The position numbers were made by a program, and so were the translations under genes. The notes beneath the pieces were generated by a model. That model had not been told where the DNA came from. It saw nothing but the letters and a program-made list of their open reading frames with translations, and made no database searches. Of a DNA stretch of 64,000 nt, positions 1 through 10,708 are shown piece after piece (position 1 is the first letter of the stretch; every line of letters begins with the position of its first letter). The stretch is from Eukaryota sp. TZLM1-RC. Its lineage: Eukaryota; Protista; Metamonada: BaSk clade. The stretch is from NCBI GenBank assembly GCA_040285825.1, contig JAUPSS010000009.1, forward strand, positions 744,001 to 808,000, read 5' to 3'.

Positions 1-295
1 TCATTTGAGCTGTTTGATACCTCAGTAGATCTGACATCAATAATAATCATTGATCCAACAAGTCCGGGAACTAGCACATCACCATTGCTGTCACCAAAAG
101 AATTTTTGTCAGATTCATCAACCAGATTTGCAAGCAAAGGTTCTAAAAAAGATTCAATCTGGTAGGACTTAAACATACAATAGAGCTGATCACAAACTGC
201 TTCATGCACTCTTGATCTAAAAGTAATAAATCGATAACAATTAAATAAATGGGTTGGAGTGACAGACTTTCCACATTTACAAATTAAACCATGTT
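1..295 (-). mobile_element. Degenerate CRE-type non-LTR retrotransposon fragment (zinc knuckle/REL endonuclease region)
   Basis: Minus-strand translation gives CKC..HLFNC, 'ESFLEPLL' and 'DVLVPGL..IIIDV' remnants resembling the 2824-3813 ORF; contains stops. Confidence 0.6.
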
Positions 296-299
296 TTTG

Positions 300-1100
300 T
301 TTTTGGAAAGAAGTTTCATTTCGGTGAAATTTGCGTTGAAAACACTCCAACGACAAGTTTTGGAGAAATTGAAAGTCAAGATTTTATTGTTCGACTCAGC
401 ACGGGTAAACAAGAAAATACTGCTTTTGCCAATTTTTTGATTGGCAGTTTTGCTGAATCAATTCCCCAAATTTATGGCTTATTTTGAAATGACGACCAAT
501 GGGACAACTGCAAGGAGAATGTGTTGTTATTGTTGGCCTTGTAATTCGTCCAATGATCTGTTTTGTAAATGTGGAGCTAGTTTGACATTATCACATTTAT
601 TTAATTGCAACAGATTTATTTTTGATCGTTCTACTTTGCATAATGCAGTCACAGATCAAATCCAAGCAATCTGTAATTCCTATCATATTGAATCAATTGC
701 AGAACAATTGTTATGGTCTCTGAGTATAAATGAAAGCCTAAGAGATTCAGAATATGGAAGACAAAGTGCTGATGTAGTTGTGCCCTCATTTGATGATGTT
801 TCGAATGTTTTTGATGTCGTAACAGTGGATGCTTGCAAGAGAGATGCCTTGAGAAATGCAAAATTGATGATTCAGAATTGTACGAAAGGAAAAACTATGC
901 AAATCCTTTAACAGAAGAATGGATGAGCGTTCTGATCATCGTTTGTGGTGAAATCGTATTGTTTTTTTCTATTTTCAAATCAATTCCTAAAATGATTTGG
1001 AAAGCTTTGGTGTCTGTCAGTGCACACTACGAAAACATTGAAAATGTACAATTTGATGGTGTGGAAGCTTGTTTTAAAGATATTGATTTCGAGTTTGCTG
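300..1100 (+). mobile_element. Degenerate CRE-type non-LTR retrotransposon 3' fragment
   Basis: ORF 441-911 has CKC..HLFNC..H knuckle and 'ADVVVP..FDVVTVD' REL motif; ORF 833-1129 carries the family tail 'IFKSIPKMI..EACFKDIDF'. Confidence 0.7.
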
Positions 1101-1179
1101 ATTTCAAAAAGGAAATGGATATCTGCTAATCTTGATTCTTTTGTTACTTTTCGACCTCAGTGATACACACTGAAGTTCT

Positions 1180-1815
1180 ATGGATATCGATCTCTCAGAA
1201 TTCTGTAACAACAAAGGTAATGAATTAGTAACTCTCTACTCTCGTCCTGACTTCGTCAAGATCAAGGAGAAGCACGGTTCTATTATTTGGTCAAGAGGCA
1301 GCGCAAGCAGTACCATTAAGCAGGTTAAGACCCAAACAATAGTGAACAGATCCGCCGATGCTGTCTTTGAATTCATGAAGGATAGAAAAAACCAAAAACT
1401 GATCGAGAGAAGTGTTACTGAACTGGAAACCCTACGAGAGGAAGAAGTTCCAGCTCACGACAAGGTCAGGGTTGTCAGGACTGTCTATCAATTAAAGTTT
1501 CCATTAAGTGACCGCGAATCTGTTGTTTGTCTCTTTGATGGAAAGGACAAAGTAGAGGGGAAGGATTGTCGGTATTTGGCTGCGGCTTCAGTACCTATCA
1601 AGACTGTTCTTGATCCAAAACATGTTCTTGCAGAGGTTATTGTTTCAGGACATGTGATAGTGCCCATCAATGACAAGATGTGTAAAATCAGTACGATAGC
1701 ACATGTCAACCCTCATGGGAGGATCCCAAAGTTCTTAGTTAATTGGGCAGCTGAGCATAGATTATCTTCTATTACACATCTAAAACAGCTTCTAGAGTCT
1801 AAAATTCCTGAATAG
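1180..1815 (+). CDS. START (StAR-related lipid-transfer) domain protein
   Basis: Intact 211-aa ORF; 'FPLSDRESV', 'SGHVIVP', 'HVNPHGRIPKFLVN' match START consensus. Confidence 0.85.
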   Translation: MDIDLSEFCNNKGNELVTLYSRPDFVKIKEKHGSIIWSRGSASSTIKQVKTQTIVNRSADAVFEFMKDRKNQKLIERSVTELETLREEEVPAHDKVRVVRTVYQLKFPLSDRESVVCLFDGKDKVEGKDCRYLAAASVPIKTVLDPKHVLAEVIVSGHVIVPINDKMCKISTIAHVNPHGRIPKFLVNWAAEHRLSSITHLKQLLESKIPE

Positions 1816-1989
1816 TTTTTGTATCTGTATAGTTTTTGGTTGTTTGTAAATAATACGATACCATCAGTTTTTTTGTAGGTTTCAGTAAGAAAATCAACAA
1901 CCAACTTAAATTGTCAATCATCCAAACTCAGCCAAAAAGAATTGACTCGAATTTTTTCCTTCATAAAAGCAACCTAGAGATTATAAAGC

Positions 1990-2125
1990 AGAAGATGATA
2001 AGGGGACAACGCCTTTAAATATTGAGAAATGCAATTCTATTCAGATCAAGATTTTGTAGAGGAAATCTTTTTTCAATGATAGTCGTCCCATTAGTTATGA
2101 ATTTATTTTGTTAAGTGTGCAAATT
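1990..2125 (+). mobile_element. 3' terminal fragment of non-LTR family B
   Basis: 'cagatcaagattttgtagaggaaatc...cgtcccattagttatga' also at about 37308-37366 and, reversed, at about 47925-47985. Confidence 0.6.
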
Positions 2126-2485
2126 CAATAAATATTTATTATATATTGTATTACCAAACATTTTGTCAAAAACTCTGCCTGTACTTTGTTTTCACCTCCT
2201 GATTTCACCACCTGTCCTATTTGTCGATAAATACCTAATAAACAATGTATTCAGTTTTTGATTTCATTTGTGTGTTTCATCAGTTGAAAGTCAATTCCAT
2301 CTCCTAGTTGTTCTTCGATAGACCTTTGTTATTATGAAACCTGTAAATGGTTATTAGTGGTGAAGAACATTAGTATAAATTGTGTAAAGAAAAAATCGGT
2401 CCAGAAAAGCCTATATGTGTCAAAGCATTTAAGTTTGGATCCCTAGTAAGTATGGTAAGGTCATCAAGACTGTCGAACAAAATTG

Positions 2486-2558
2486 CTCACTCGGTGAGAC
2501 TCGAACTCACAACCTTTCGATTAACAGTCGAGCGCACTGCCGGTTGTGCTACGAGTGA
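2486..2558 (-). tRNA. tRNA-Asn (GTT)
   Basis: Cloverleaf TCACTCG-TA-GCAC..GTGC-G-CTCGA-CTGTTAA-TCGAA-AGGTT-GTGAG-TTCGAGT-CTCAC-CGAGTGA-G; 73 nt; identical to 44696-44768. Confidence 0.95.
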
Positions 2559-2776
2559 CATCGTTTGTTTTGCGAAAAATTATTGACCCACAGAATATGG
2601 CCACTAAAATTTGGCGTTTCCAACGGTCTTCAAAAATTCGCCTTTATTCTTCGCCCACTATTTATTTTTAAAAATAAAAAAAAACAAAAAAACGCCAGAT
2701 TTATTTCAGAATCGATACTATAAAATTAAACAATAATGTAGTTTTTTTCTTGATAACTAAAGTAACAGCATCATAA

Positions 2777-5700
2777 TTTTTTTGTATTAATTTTATTTTT
2801 ATTCAAAACCTATAAAACAACATCTAAAAATCCATCTCTCCCAAAACAAAAACACTATATGCAACTTTCTCATAGTGAGATCCAAGAGAGGGCAAAGCAT
2901 CAGAAACCATCTTCAACATCCCCTTAAAAATAGAAAACACAATTCTATTTTGCCAAAACAATCTGTTGAAACTTCTGTTAGTTCTTCTCTGTACAATCAT
3001 TTCAAAATCTTCCAAAAAACGTAAAGCCGTTGGTGCAAGTGAACCAAAAAGGGAAAATACAAATGGATACAAATTGTATTTTGCATGCTGTAGACTGGCC
3101 AATTTGGACAAAGGTTCATTGTATTTTTTGAATTTAAAATTTTCAGCATTTGAAAGGGGATTAAGAATTTCAGGATTAACTAGCCTTTCATTTGAGGCAT
3201 TACAAGGATCAACAGACATAACATCCAATAAAATGAAACTTCCATCTAATCCAGGTAATATAACATCACCTCTATTATTCTTATGAAAATCATCTTCAGC
3301 ATCAAACAGATTTGACAACAGAGGTTCCAAGAAGGATTCAATTCTATGAGATTTACACATACAATATAACTGGTCTCTTACAGCATCATGAACCTTGCTT
3401 CTAAAAGTAATAAAATGTTTACAATTTAACAAATGAGTAGTTGTAATTTCTCGAGAACATTTACAAATTAAATTATGAGGTAAATTATCAGGCCAGATAA
3501 AGGAACGAAATCTCATATTCAGAGTCCAAGCAGAATCGGATAAGAGAGTACCATAAACTTGTGGAATTGTTGTTACTAAGGCAGAAGAAGTACTGTCGCA
3601 CATATCTTGTAAAAGATTTGCAAAAGCGGGATTTTTTTTTCTTGGCCAAGCCAAGTCTAACATCAAAATCCAAGCTTTCAAAAATCTTTGACAATTTTTG
3701 TTGAAGCTTTTTACAGCAAAACTGTAAATTAAAATGAGATCGGTTTGGAATTTCTTGAATTGATTGAGGAAAACATTTGGTCCAAATTTGTGGCGGCAAT
3801 TTTTCAAGTTCACAAGTTAACTCATACAAATAGGGACTGCAATTGGGAACTAACAGATGAGAATCATCAGGAAATCTACGAGAAAATTCATAAATAAAAT
3901 TTTTGCCACCACCCAAGAATGCTGATTGACACAAAATTGAAGACTTAGTAAATCCAATACCACCCAAATTTGCTGAAGAAAATAAATGGCTTTTCAACAT
4001 TCCTGGTTCTACATCCAATAAATCAGCAAAAAATTCTGTTCTCAATGAATTAAAAGAACGACAAAAATCTAATGCTATGGAAGGAGCACAAGATCTCAAA
4101 ATGTGGGTTATTCTCCCAGTGTAGCAAATTTTAAGCATGAATAATTTAATATGTTTTTCTATATCTAAAGAAGAAATTGAATCAAGTTCAATTTTCATTT
4201 TTTCCAAAATGACTTGTAATTCATTATGAATTTGAGGCACGTTTCCTAACCAACAACCAAGGAACTTAAGAGCATCACTACTTTAATTAGTAAAAGGGAC
4301 AATAGAATCGTTTATCACGAGGTGTTGAGCAGAAGAGCCAATCAGAAGGCATTTGCTGGCATTAAGATGAAGCCCAATATTTTCATATGAATCGGCAATT
4401 TCTTGAGCAACCAATTCTAGTAAATCAAATGAACCAATCAAGGATATACCATCCATATAAGCAACTATTTTTATAGAAGGGTATTTTTGCTTAATGATAT
4501 TTAAAGTTTTGTGAATAGCTAAACAAAACAATAATGGGCCTAAAGGATCACCTTGCTTCACCCCAGAAGATGATTTAAGACCAAATGAACTAAAAATTAA
4601 ATCTGATTCTTTCCCATAACAATGGTAGAAAAAACTCGATAGCTCAAAAAAATCAGATTTAATAACTTCAAAAATTGCTTCTCGCTTTACAGAATTAAAA
4701 GCATTTTTAAAGTCGAGATTAAAAATAAAATTATTTTCCTCTGCATTAAAAAAGGTATCAGAGGCAATAGCAGCAACTGAAGCACCATCAATAGTTTTGA
4801 TTCCAAATTGATGAGGATTCAAAAATGTAGAAGCTTTGTCTTTGACACGATCGAAGACAATTGATGCCAGCAAACGAGAAAGAGATTCACCAACAGCAAT
4901 TGGACGTATTCCATCAGGTTTGATTCCGTTTCCAGGCTTTACTAAAGCAATCAGACGTGCAGCGAGTAATTCAAATGGAGGATTAATTTTCAAAACAATT
5001 AATTGTTGAAAATAATGGGCTAGATCATCAGCAATTTCGGGAGCACTGGAACACGCTATTTTTAAGAGATCAAAAGAAATTCCAGATGGGCCTGCTGCTT
5101 TCCCCTTTGGTAATTTTTGAATAGCTTTAAGAACTTCAATTGCAGTAATGGGATTTTCAATCCAAAAAGGACACACATCAGGTTTGCTGCACTTGAAATT
5201 TTCTTGAGGATGCAACTTTTGAAGTTTTTCAAGGGTATCAGAGTTTGCATCAGCCAAAGAAGAGGAAAACAAGGACTGCTTTGCAGCACCATAACGACCA
5301 CGTAAACACAATTTTCGGCAAATTTTTGATTTTACAATTTTTCTATTTCCAAATTTTTTCTTGAAACAATTTTTGTTTTTTCGAGCAAAATATTTCCAGA
5401 AGGATGAAATATTCCACTTATTATTTTTCAATTCATAAGTAAAATTTTTCATTTCCATTGAGAAGGCGATTGTGCTGGCGGGGCTAATTTCTACTGGGAT
5501 CCGGATCAGGGGTCTTACGGTATCAACGGCTTTACAATTCGTACAAAACAGAAGTTTTCGACCATTTCTTGAATCTGCAACATCTTTTTTGCAAAATGGA
5601 CAACAAAAATTACTGTTTTCAGAAGGGGAAGATGAGTGAGCACTAGAAGCATTTAAATGTTGATCGTCAGAAACATTATTTTCAGCACCTTTCACATCGG

Positions 5701-6290
5701 CATCAGCTGGAACAGAACATTCGAGAATTTGTTGAGCAGATTTTAATTCAATTTCTCTTTTTTGTTTTTCAGGACATGTTCTCGAATTATGACCACTGAT
5801 ACCACAAATCGAACATTTTTTAGAACCTTTTAATGGCAGTGGTTTCATTTTTTCAGTTCTTTCTATTTTGTCAATTTGTGAGTTAAAAGTAGAAATAGAC
5901 TTTTGACTTTTTCCAGTTTCAGCTGGAGAAAACAATTTTCGAGAAACGGAGTTGTTAGTAGAACGCGCAACAGAACGTAAGGAACGTAATGGTGGTTTTT
6001 GTGTGTTGTTTCCGGTACAATGATCAGTTTTTGAATTGAAATTTTTTTGAGAAAAATTTCGAGCATAGCTTGCGTTGTGGGGAGAGTGGTTAAGTGAAGG
6101 AGATGAGCTTGTTCTGACTGGTAGAATCTTTGCTTGGGCGTTCCAATCAGTATCAGAGTCACTATCAGCCAAAGGCATCGTTTTGACAGAGAAATAGTAC
6201 GACTTGGACGCCTTGACAGAAAGTGAAATATGAAAGAGTTGACTAAGGGAGGGAAAAAAGTGAACAAATTGAAGACAATAATCAGAATTT
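2777..6290 (-). mobile_element. Near full-length CRE-clade non-LTR retrotransposon (single ORF: CCHC knuckle, RT, zinc finger, REL endonuclease), inactivated
   Basis: Likely ATG 6178; CSICGISGHNSRTC; RT motifs KAAGPSG, IRPIAVGE, QFGI, DFKNAFN, GVKQGDPLGP, YMDG (normally YMDD); CKC..HLLNC..H; RGDV..DV..K..KY; A-rich 3' end. In-frame TAA at 4283-4285 and a frameshift in the A-run near 3635. Element ends are approximate. Confidence 0.9.
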
Positions 6291-6333
6291 GATTGACCAT
6301 CTTTCAATTAAATTGATTCTGTTGTTGTGGGGG

Positions 6334-8790
6334 ATGTATTTATCCAGAACCTCGCCACCAGGACTTCGCTTTACATCAAGGATCAAACGTTTGGTTCGTT
6401 GTTGTACGACTTACTTGGATAAACATCAACATGCACTATTCATTCCCATACTTTATGCTGTCATTATTTACCGTGTCATTGTTTCCTCTCTGTGTTTCAA
6501 GTTCATGTTTGGCAGTGGCGCTGGACCCAAAAAGCACTTAAACACGTTTGTTTTGTTACTACCTTTTCTCAAATCTTTGACTGTCACACTATCTCTGTAC
6601 GTCTGCTTCTTTGCTATTCTTTCCTTAACAACTGCATTTCTTCGCTCTCAAACCAAACGTTCCAAATCTCCTAAATCCACCCTCCTTATCTTCTATCTTG
6701 TCTTATACTCCATTTCTCTTTTCATTCTGTGCATCCCCATTGCTGATTTAATCTTCAACCTCACATCTGGTGAGAAACTTACCCCTTCTACCATCAAGGC
6801 TTACATTACTTCAAGTACAGGAGGAAATCCCTTTTCAATCATAATTGATAGTTTGACCGTCTCCAAAACCTTGGTACCTAAAGTTTATAAAAGAATGCTA
6901 AACTTGATAATTAAATCATTTATTTCTATTTTAATTATAAGTTTTTTAATTGTTTTCCTTCGCTTCAAAATGCCAAATTTAACTAAAAGAATTAACAAAG
7001 TATCTGTTCGATCATTTTTAGCTATCAGTGTCCTTTGTTTTTTGATCCTCTTGACCCCCATGACACGTGAGCAAATTTCATCTTTTGACCCTGTAGTGAA
7101 GTCCACAAAGAGTATAGATTTATTTTTCTTTTTTAAGCCACCTATTTACCCCAAAAACCAAGTAGACAAAGATTTAAATTTATTAAGAACTTTGTTTCCT
7201 TTACCAGAAAATGAGTATTGGATTTCAAATGATTATCCACTAGTGCATGGAAATTTAGAAAAATATTGTCAATTTAATTCAAAAGACCAGAAATGCATTG
7301 GTGAAGAATTCAATCAAACCCCCAATCAAGCTCAATCAGAAACCTACGACATTTTCGTAGTTATGTGGGAGTCACTCAGTGGAAACATTATTTCATTAAA
7401 TAAAAACAAATTCATCTCTACCACTCCCCATTTAGATAAACTAATTAAAGATCATGGTGTTTTTTACCAAAACTTAGTTTCTAATGGTTGTCCTACTTCA
7501 AATGCTTTCTGGTCATTTATTAATATGGGCTGGCCTTTATCTCATGGTAATACAATCATCGACACACTCGGGAAGGAGTTTGATTCAATCTATCACGTGA
7601 TAAAGAGATCACCTGCCAATTATTTCACTTCGTTTCTATCTGCTAGTAGTCCTAGGTATTCTCGATTGATTGATTGGTTACGTCGAGCAAATGTCGATGA
7701 TGTGTATTTTAAATACAAGAATCATGGTAGTGATGCTGAACAGGTGATTCCAATGGGTGAAAGATTTGCTCGTATTTGGAATAATGATCGAATTTTAGTG
7801 GAGCAGTTTAAGGAAAAAATGAAATCTTTTGACAAGCAATTACGAGGTAAATCACCTATTTTCAGTTGGCTAATGTCTATCTCCTCTCATGCACCGTACA
7901 CAACCTTTGATACTGTGAGGAATGTTGGAAGTGAAGTACCTGACGATAAAGCGGAAAGGTACATTAGAGCCATTAGATATGCTGATGAACATTTAATTAA
8001 GAATTTAGTTGATTATTTAAAGTCTAGGAAAAGAGCAAAGAATACAATATTAGTAGTTCTTGGGGATCATGCAGCTTATAAGAGCGGGCTAAATACCCAC
8101 TGTGAGGGTTGTCCACAACAACCATTTGATGGAGATCAAACCTTTTTCACTAGTGGAGCCATTGCTTTCTTTGGTAATGATAAAGAGAGGGAAAGTTTAG
8201 GGTTACCTCCACCTGGAACTATTGATACCAGACCTGTTTCGGCTCTAGATATTACTGACACTATTATTAAGTTGTCTGGATCTCAAACGGCGACTCATAC
8301 CCTTGGAAGGAGCCTCTTAAACCCTCAAAATGACACTCTTTCTCGTCATTCGCTCTCCCTTATATCAATGGGAGGTGAACTTAACTCGGCTAATCGTATA
8401 GTAAGATCAGATTGGAGTGGGGTTGGTGTGGTTACTTTGAAGCAATCAAGACCTTCCTATATTTTTGAAAATGTCTTGGATGAGCAGAATGATATGGGTC
8501 AATATATAATTAGATTGAACAATTTTTATAATCATTTAGTATCCACAGACGCCATTTGGCATACTGATTTCGCTTTAGATCCAAAAGAACATCCTCAACT
8601 CGACCTTCCCCCTCCAAAGCCAAGTTTTGAACCTACTCCGCCTATTTTTTCTTTGTTTTTGGTTATCTTGGTTTTAATTTCTGTGGTTGATTTGATAGTA
8701 TTTGTGTGGTGTAGAGCAGGCAAAAGAGTTAATTTTGTGCTAGACAAGTTGGTTGAAATCGAAGGATATGAACTTGATTGGGTGGTTTAA
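6334..8790 (+). CDS. Membrane-anchored alkaline-phosphatase-superfamily protein, LtaS/phosphoglycerol-transferase-like sulfatase
   Basis: About 5 N-terminal hydrophobic helices; VVMWESL (metal Glu), GCPTSNA (Thr nucleophile position), SSHAPY, YADE, VLGDH; C-terminal TM helix; first ATG at 6334. Confidence 0.75.
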   Translation: MYLSRTSPPGLRFTSRIKRLVRCCTTYLDKHQHALFIPILYAVIIYRVIVSSLCFKFMFGSGAGPKKHLNTFVLLLPFLKSLTVTLSLYVCFFAILSLTTAFLRSQTKRSKSPKSTLLIFYLVLYSISLFILCIPIADLIFNLTSGEKLTPSTIKAYITSSTGGNPFSIIIDSLTVSKTLVPKVYKRMLNLIIKSFISILIISFLIVFLRFKMPNLTKRINKVSVRSFLAISVLCFLILLTPMTREQISSFDPVVKSTKSIDLFFFFKPPIYPKNQVDKDLNLLRTLFPLPENEYWISNDYPLVHGNLEKYCQFNSKDQKCIGEEFNQTPNQAQSETYDIFVVMWESLSGNIISLNKNKFISTTPHLDKLIKDHGVFYQNLVSNGCPTSNAFWSFINMGWPLSHGNTIIDTLGKEFDSIYHVIKRSPANYFTSFLSASSPRYSRLIDWLRRANVDDVYFKYKNHGSDAEQVIPMGERFARIWNNDRILVEQFKEKMKSFDKQLRGKSPIFSWLMSISSHAPYTTFDTVRNVGSEVPDDKAERYIRAIRYADEHLIKNLVDYLKSRKRAKNTILVVLGDHAAYKSGLNTHCEGCPQQPFDGDQTFFTSGAIAFFGNDKERESLGLPPPGTIDTRPVSALDITDTIIKLSGSQTATHTLGRSLLNPQNDTLSRHSLSLISMGGELNSANRIVRSDWSGVGVVTLKQSRPSYIFENVLDEQNDMGQYIIRLNNFYNHLVSTDAIWHTDFALDPKEHPQLDLPPPKPSFEPTPPIFSLFLVILVLISVVDLIVFVWCRAGKRVNFVLDKLVEIEGYELDWVV

Positions 8791-8949
8791 ATCCGCTTCT
8801 CAAGAAGATACTTTTTGGTTGGTTTTCACTTGGTTTTCGAGTGGAATGTACTGCTTCGATACTGGAGCTGCAGGGGTTTGTGGTTGTGAAGCTTTACTCT
8901 TGTCTATATGGTATTTCTTCACTTTGCGAAAAATTGAAATATCTGAAGT

Positions 8950-9620
8950 TTTCCTGAAAATTTGCAAGCGAGTCTAAACCGATCAATCCTTAATCTTCGT
9001 TTTTTGTTTGAAATAAAAATATCACCATCTTCCCAGTTAAATTGTATGAACATTTGGATTATGAAGTAAGACTTGGCTTGTCCAAAACTGAAAAATCCAC
9101 TTTCTAAATATTTAAGTTGTTTTTTAATAAATTCTTAAAACACTAAAAATCTATTCCTTCCAACTCGATGTCCATCAACCTTTTCTTCATAATTTCTTCA
9201 ACTGATAACAACAAACTAGAAACTAGACTGTGTATGCCCTTGGAAATAGAAATTAAAATCTTTTTTGCAATAAAGTTTGATCATAAATTCTGCTGGTTCT
9301 TTATTTGACAATTATAGAAAAGTCATCTACGAAAGATAAAGCTGTTTCACCCAAGATTCCAAATAGAAAAGTGAGCAATGACATTCAAGATAATGCGTAA
9401 GCGAGTCCAAAATTTTCAAGTATGGTTGAAAAATCATCATCAATTTGAACCTTTTAACCTTTCAGCTTTACGTAATGGTGAGTTATAAGATTGTGCCAGT
9501 TTTTCATTTGAGCAATTTGTTACATCAGTAGATCTGACGTCAATATTGATCATTGATCCATCAACATGGGACCAAAATGTCTGCGCAGCTATCATCAAAA
9601 GAAATTCTGTCAGAGTCAAA
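8950..9620 (-). mobile_element. Degenerate CRE-type fragments (mostly minus strand)
   Basis: Similar to 1-295 and other copies (e.g. 'tcagtagatctgacgtcaatattgatcattgatcca'); a short plus-strand piece 'ggattatgaagtaagacttggct' matches 41740. Confidence 0.5.
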
Positions 9621-10544
9621 ATTTGTCAAACAATAGACAGAAACAACAACAATTCTTCAGGCTGTTTAGTTGTAATTACAACCATGAGCGGAGCTGATAT
9701 TGAAGAATACTTTTGATAATGTATCAAACAAAAAATTACAAACCCAAATAATTGAAAATTAATCTAAAGTTGGACACGACATTGCCTTAACAACACGTCA
9801 CCTCAAGCCGTGACGTCACCAAAAAAAGCCGTTGTTGCCTTATTTTGATAGCTGCTCTAAGAAAATGTCGTGCTTTGTCAATTTACCAATTCACATGCGT
9901 AAATTTGATCAAAGATAGATAAAAAACTATGAAGAAACACAAAGTGAATCAACTATAGAAATGTAACAGAAATAAAAAAATATACTAATTTATATAGAAT
10001 ATTGATTGTTTAATGATTCCTGAAACAAGAACCGATCTATTTTGAGTTCTTCAAACTTAAATTAACATACAACTTAAGGCCAGTATGATGCATATCTCTG
10101 CAGTTTGAGGTGATCAATTCCAAAATGAATTGTCGAAAGGAGGACCTTTAGAATGCATTAAGATGTAGCTAAGCTTTGAATCACCATTTAGGAAGATGGA
10201 TTGTGATTGCTTTTCGTTTCATTGAAACAATTTTATCTCTATTGAAAGCCTCCGGATAATAAAAATTGGCGACAATTACTTCCAATACTTACATTAATTA
10301 AATTTTTTAATTACATTACTTTTTTGTTTAGAATATGAAACAACTGTTGTCATAGAAATTCAATCAGGTTTGTCTGATGTAGAGTCAGATTATGGTTGTA
10401 GTTTTTGTTCAATCTTCTTTACAAATACTTGATAATATATATTGTATTAATTTTTCATAATTGCAGGAACTTTGCACTATATGTGTTTCGTCACGTGGAA
10501 TTCACAATCCTTTTGATGTTTCTTGTCGTTGCTTGACTTTCAAT

Positions 10545-10685
10545 TGTTGTTGTTACTGATTAACTATCTTGCTAGACAGATGAGGAATTTACATGATGAC
10601 GTGGCACTTGTTCAAAAACAAGTATTTTTATTAATAAATCTCTTTTCTCTCTTTATTTCTTTGGTATTTCTGCCTAACGGCATCA
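10545..10685 (+). repeat. 5'-most LTR (141 bp)
   Basis: TG...CA with imperfect terminal IR; contains TGACGTGGCA and AATAAA; preceded by TSD CAAT. Confidence 0.9.
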
Positions 10686-10708
10686 ATAATTATTGGCCCT
10701 CATTGCAG

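Noticed and set aside
2380-2586. ORFs containing 'HSVRLELTTFRLTVERTAGCATSD' (also 44509-44835)
   Set aside because: Antisense translation of the tRNA-Asn genes
4283-4285. Alternative genetic code (TAA/TAG as sense) suggested by in-frame TAA in the RT and at the Gag end
   Set aside because: Conserved host genes (PFL, RAD23, SNF2, START) end at TAA/TAG at the expected positions and use CAA/CAG for Gln
6289-6333. Overlap between the sulfatase and retrotransposon ORFs in the ORF track
   Set aside because: Arises from non-ATG starts; the first ATGs are 6334 and 6178 for the long frames and do not overlap
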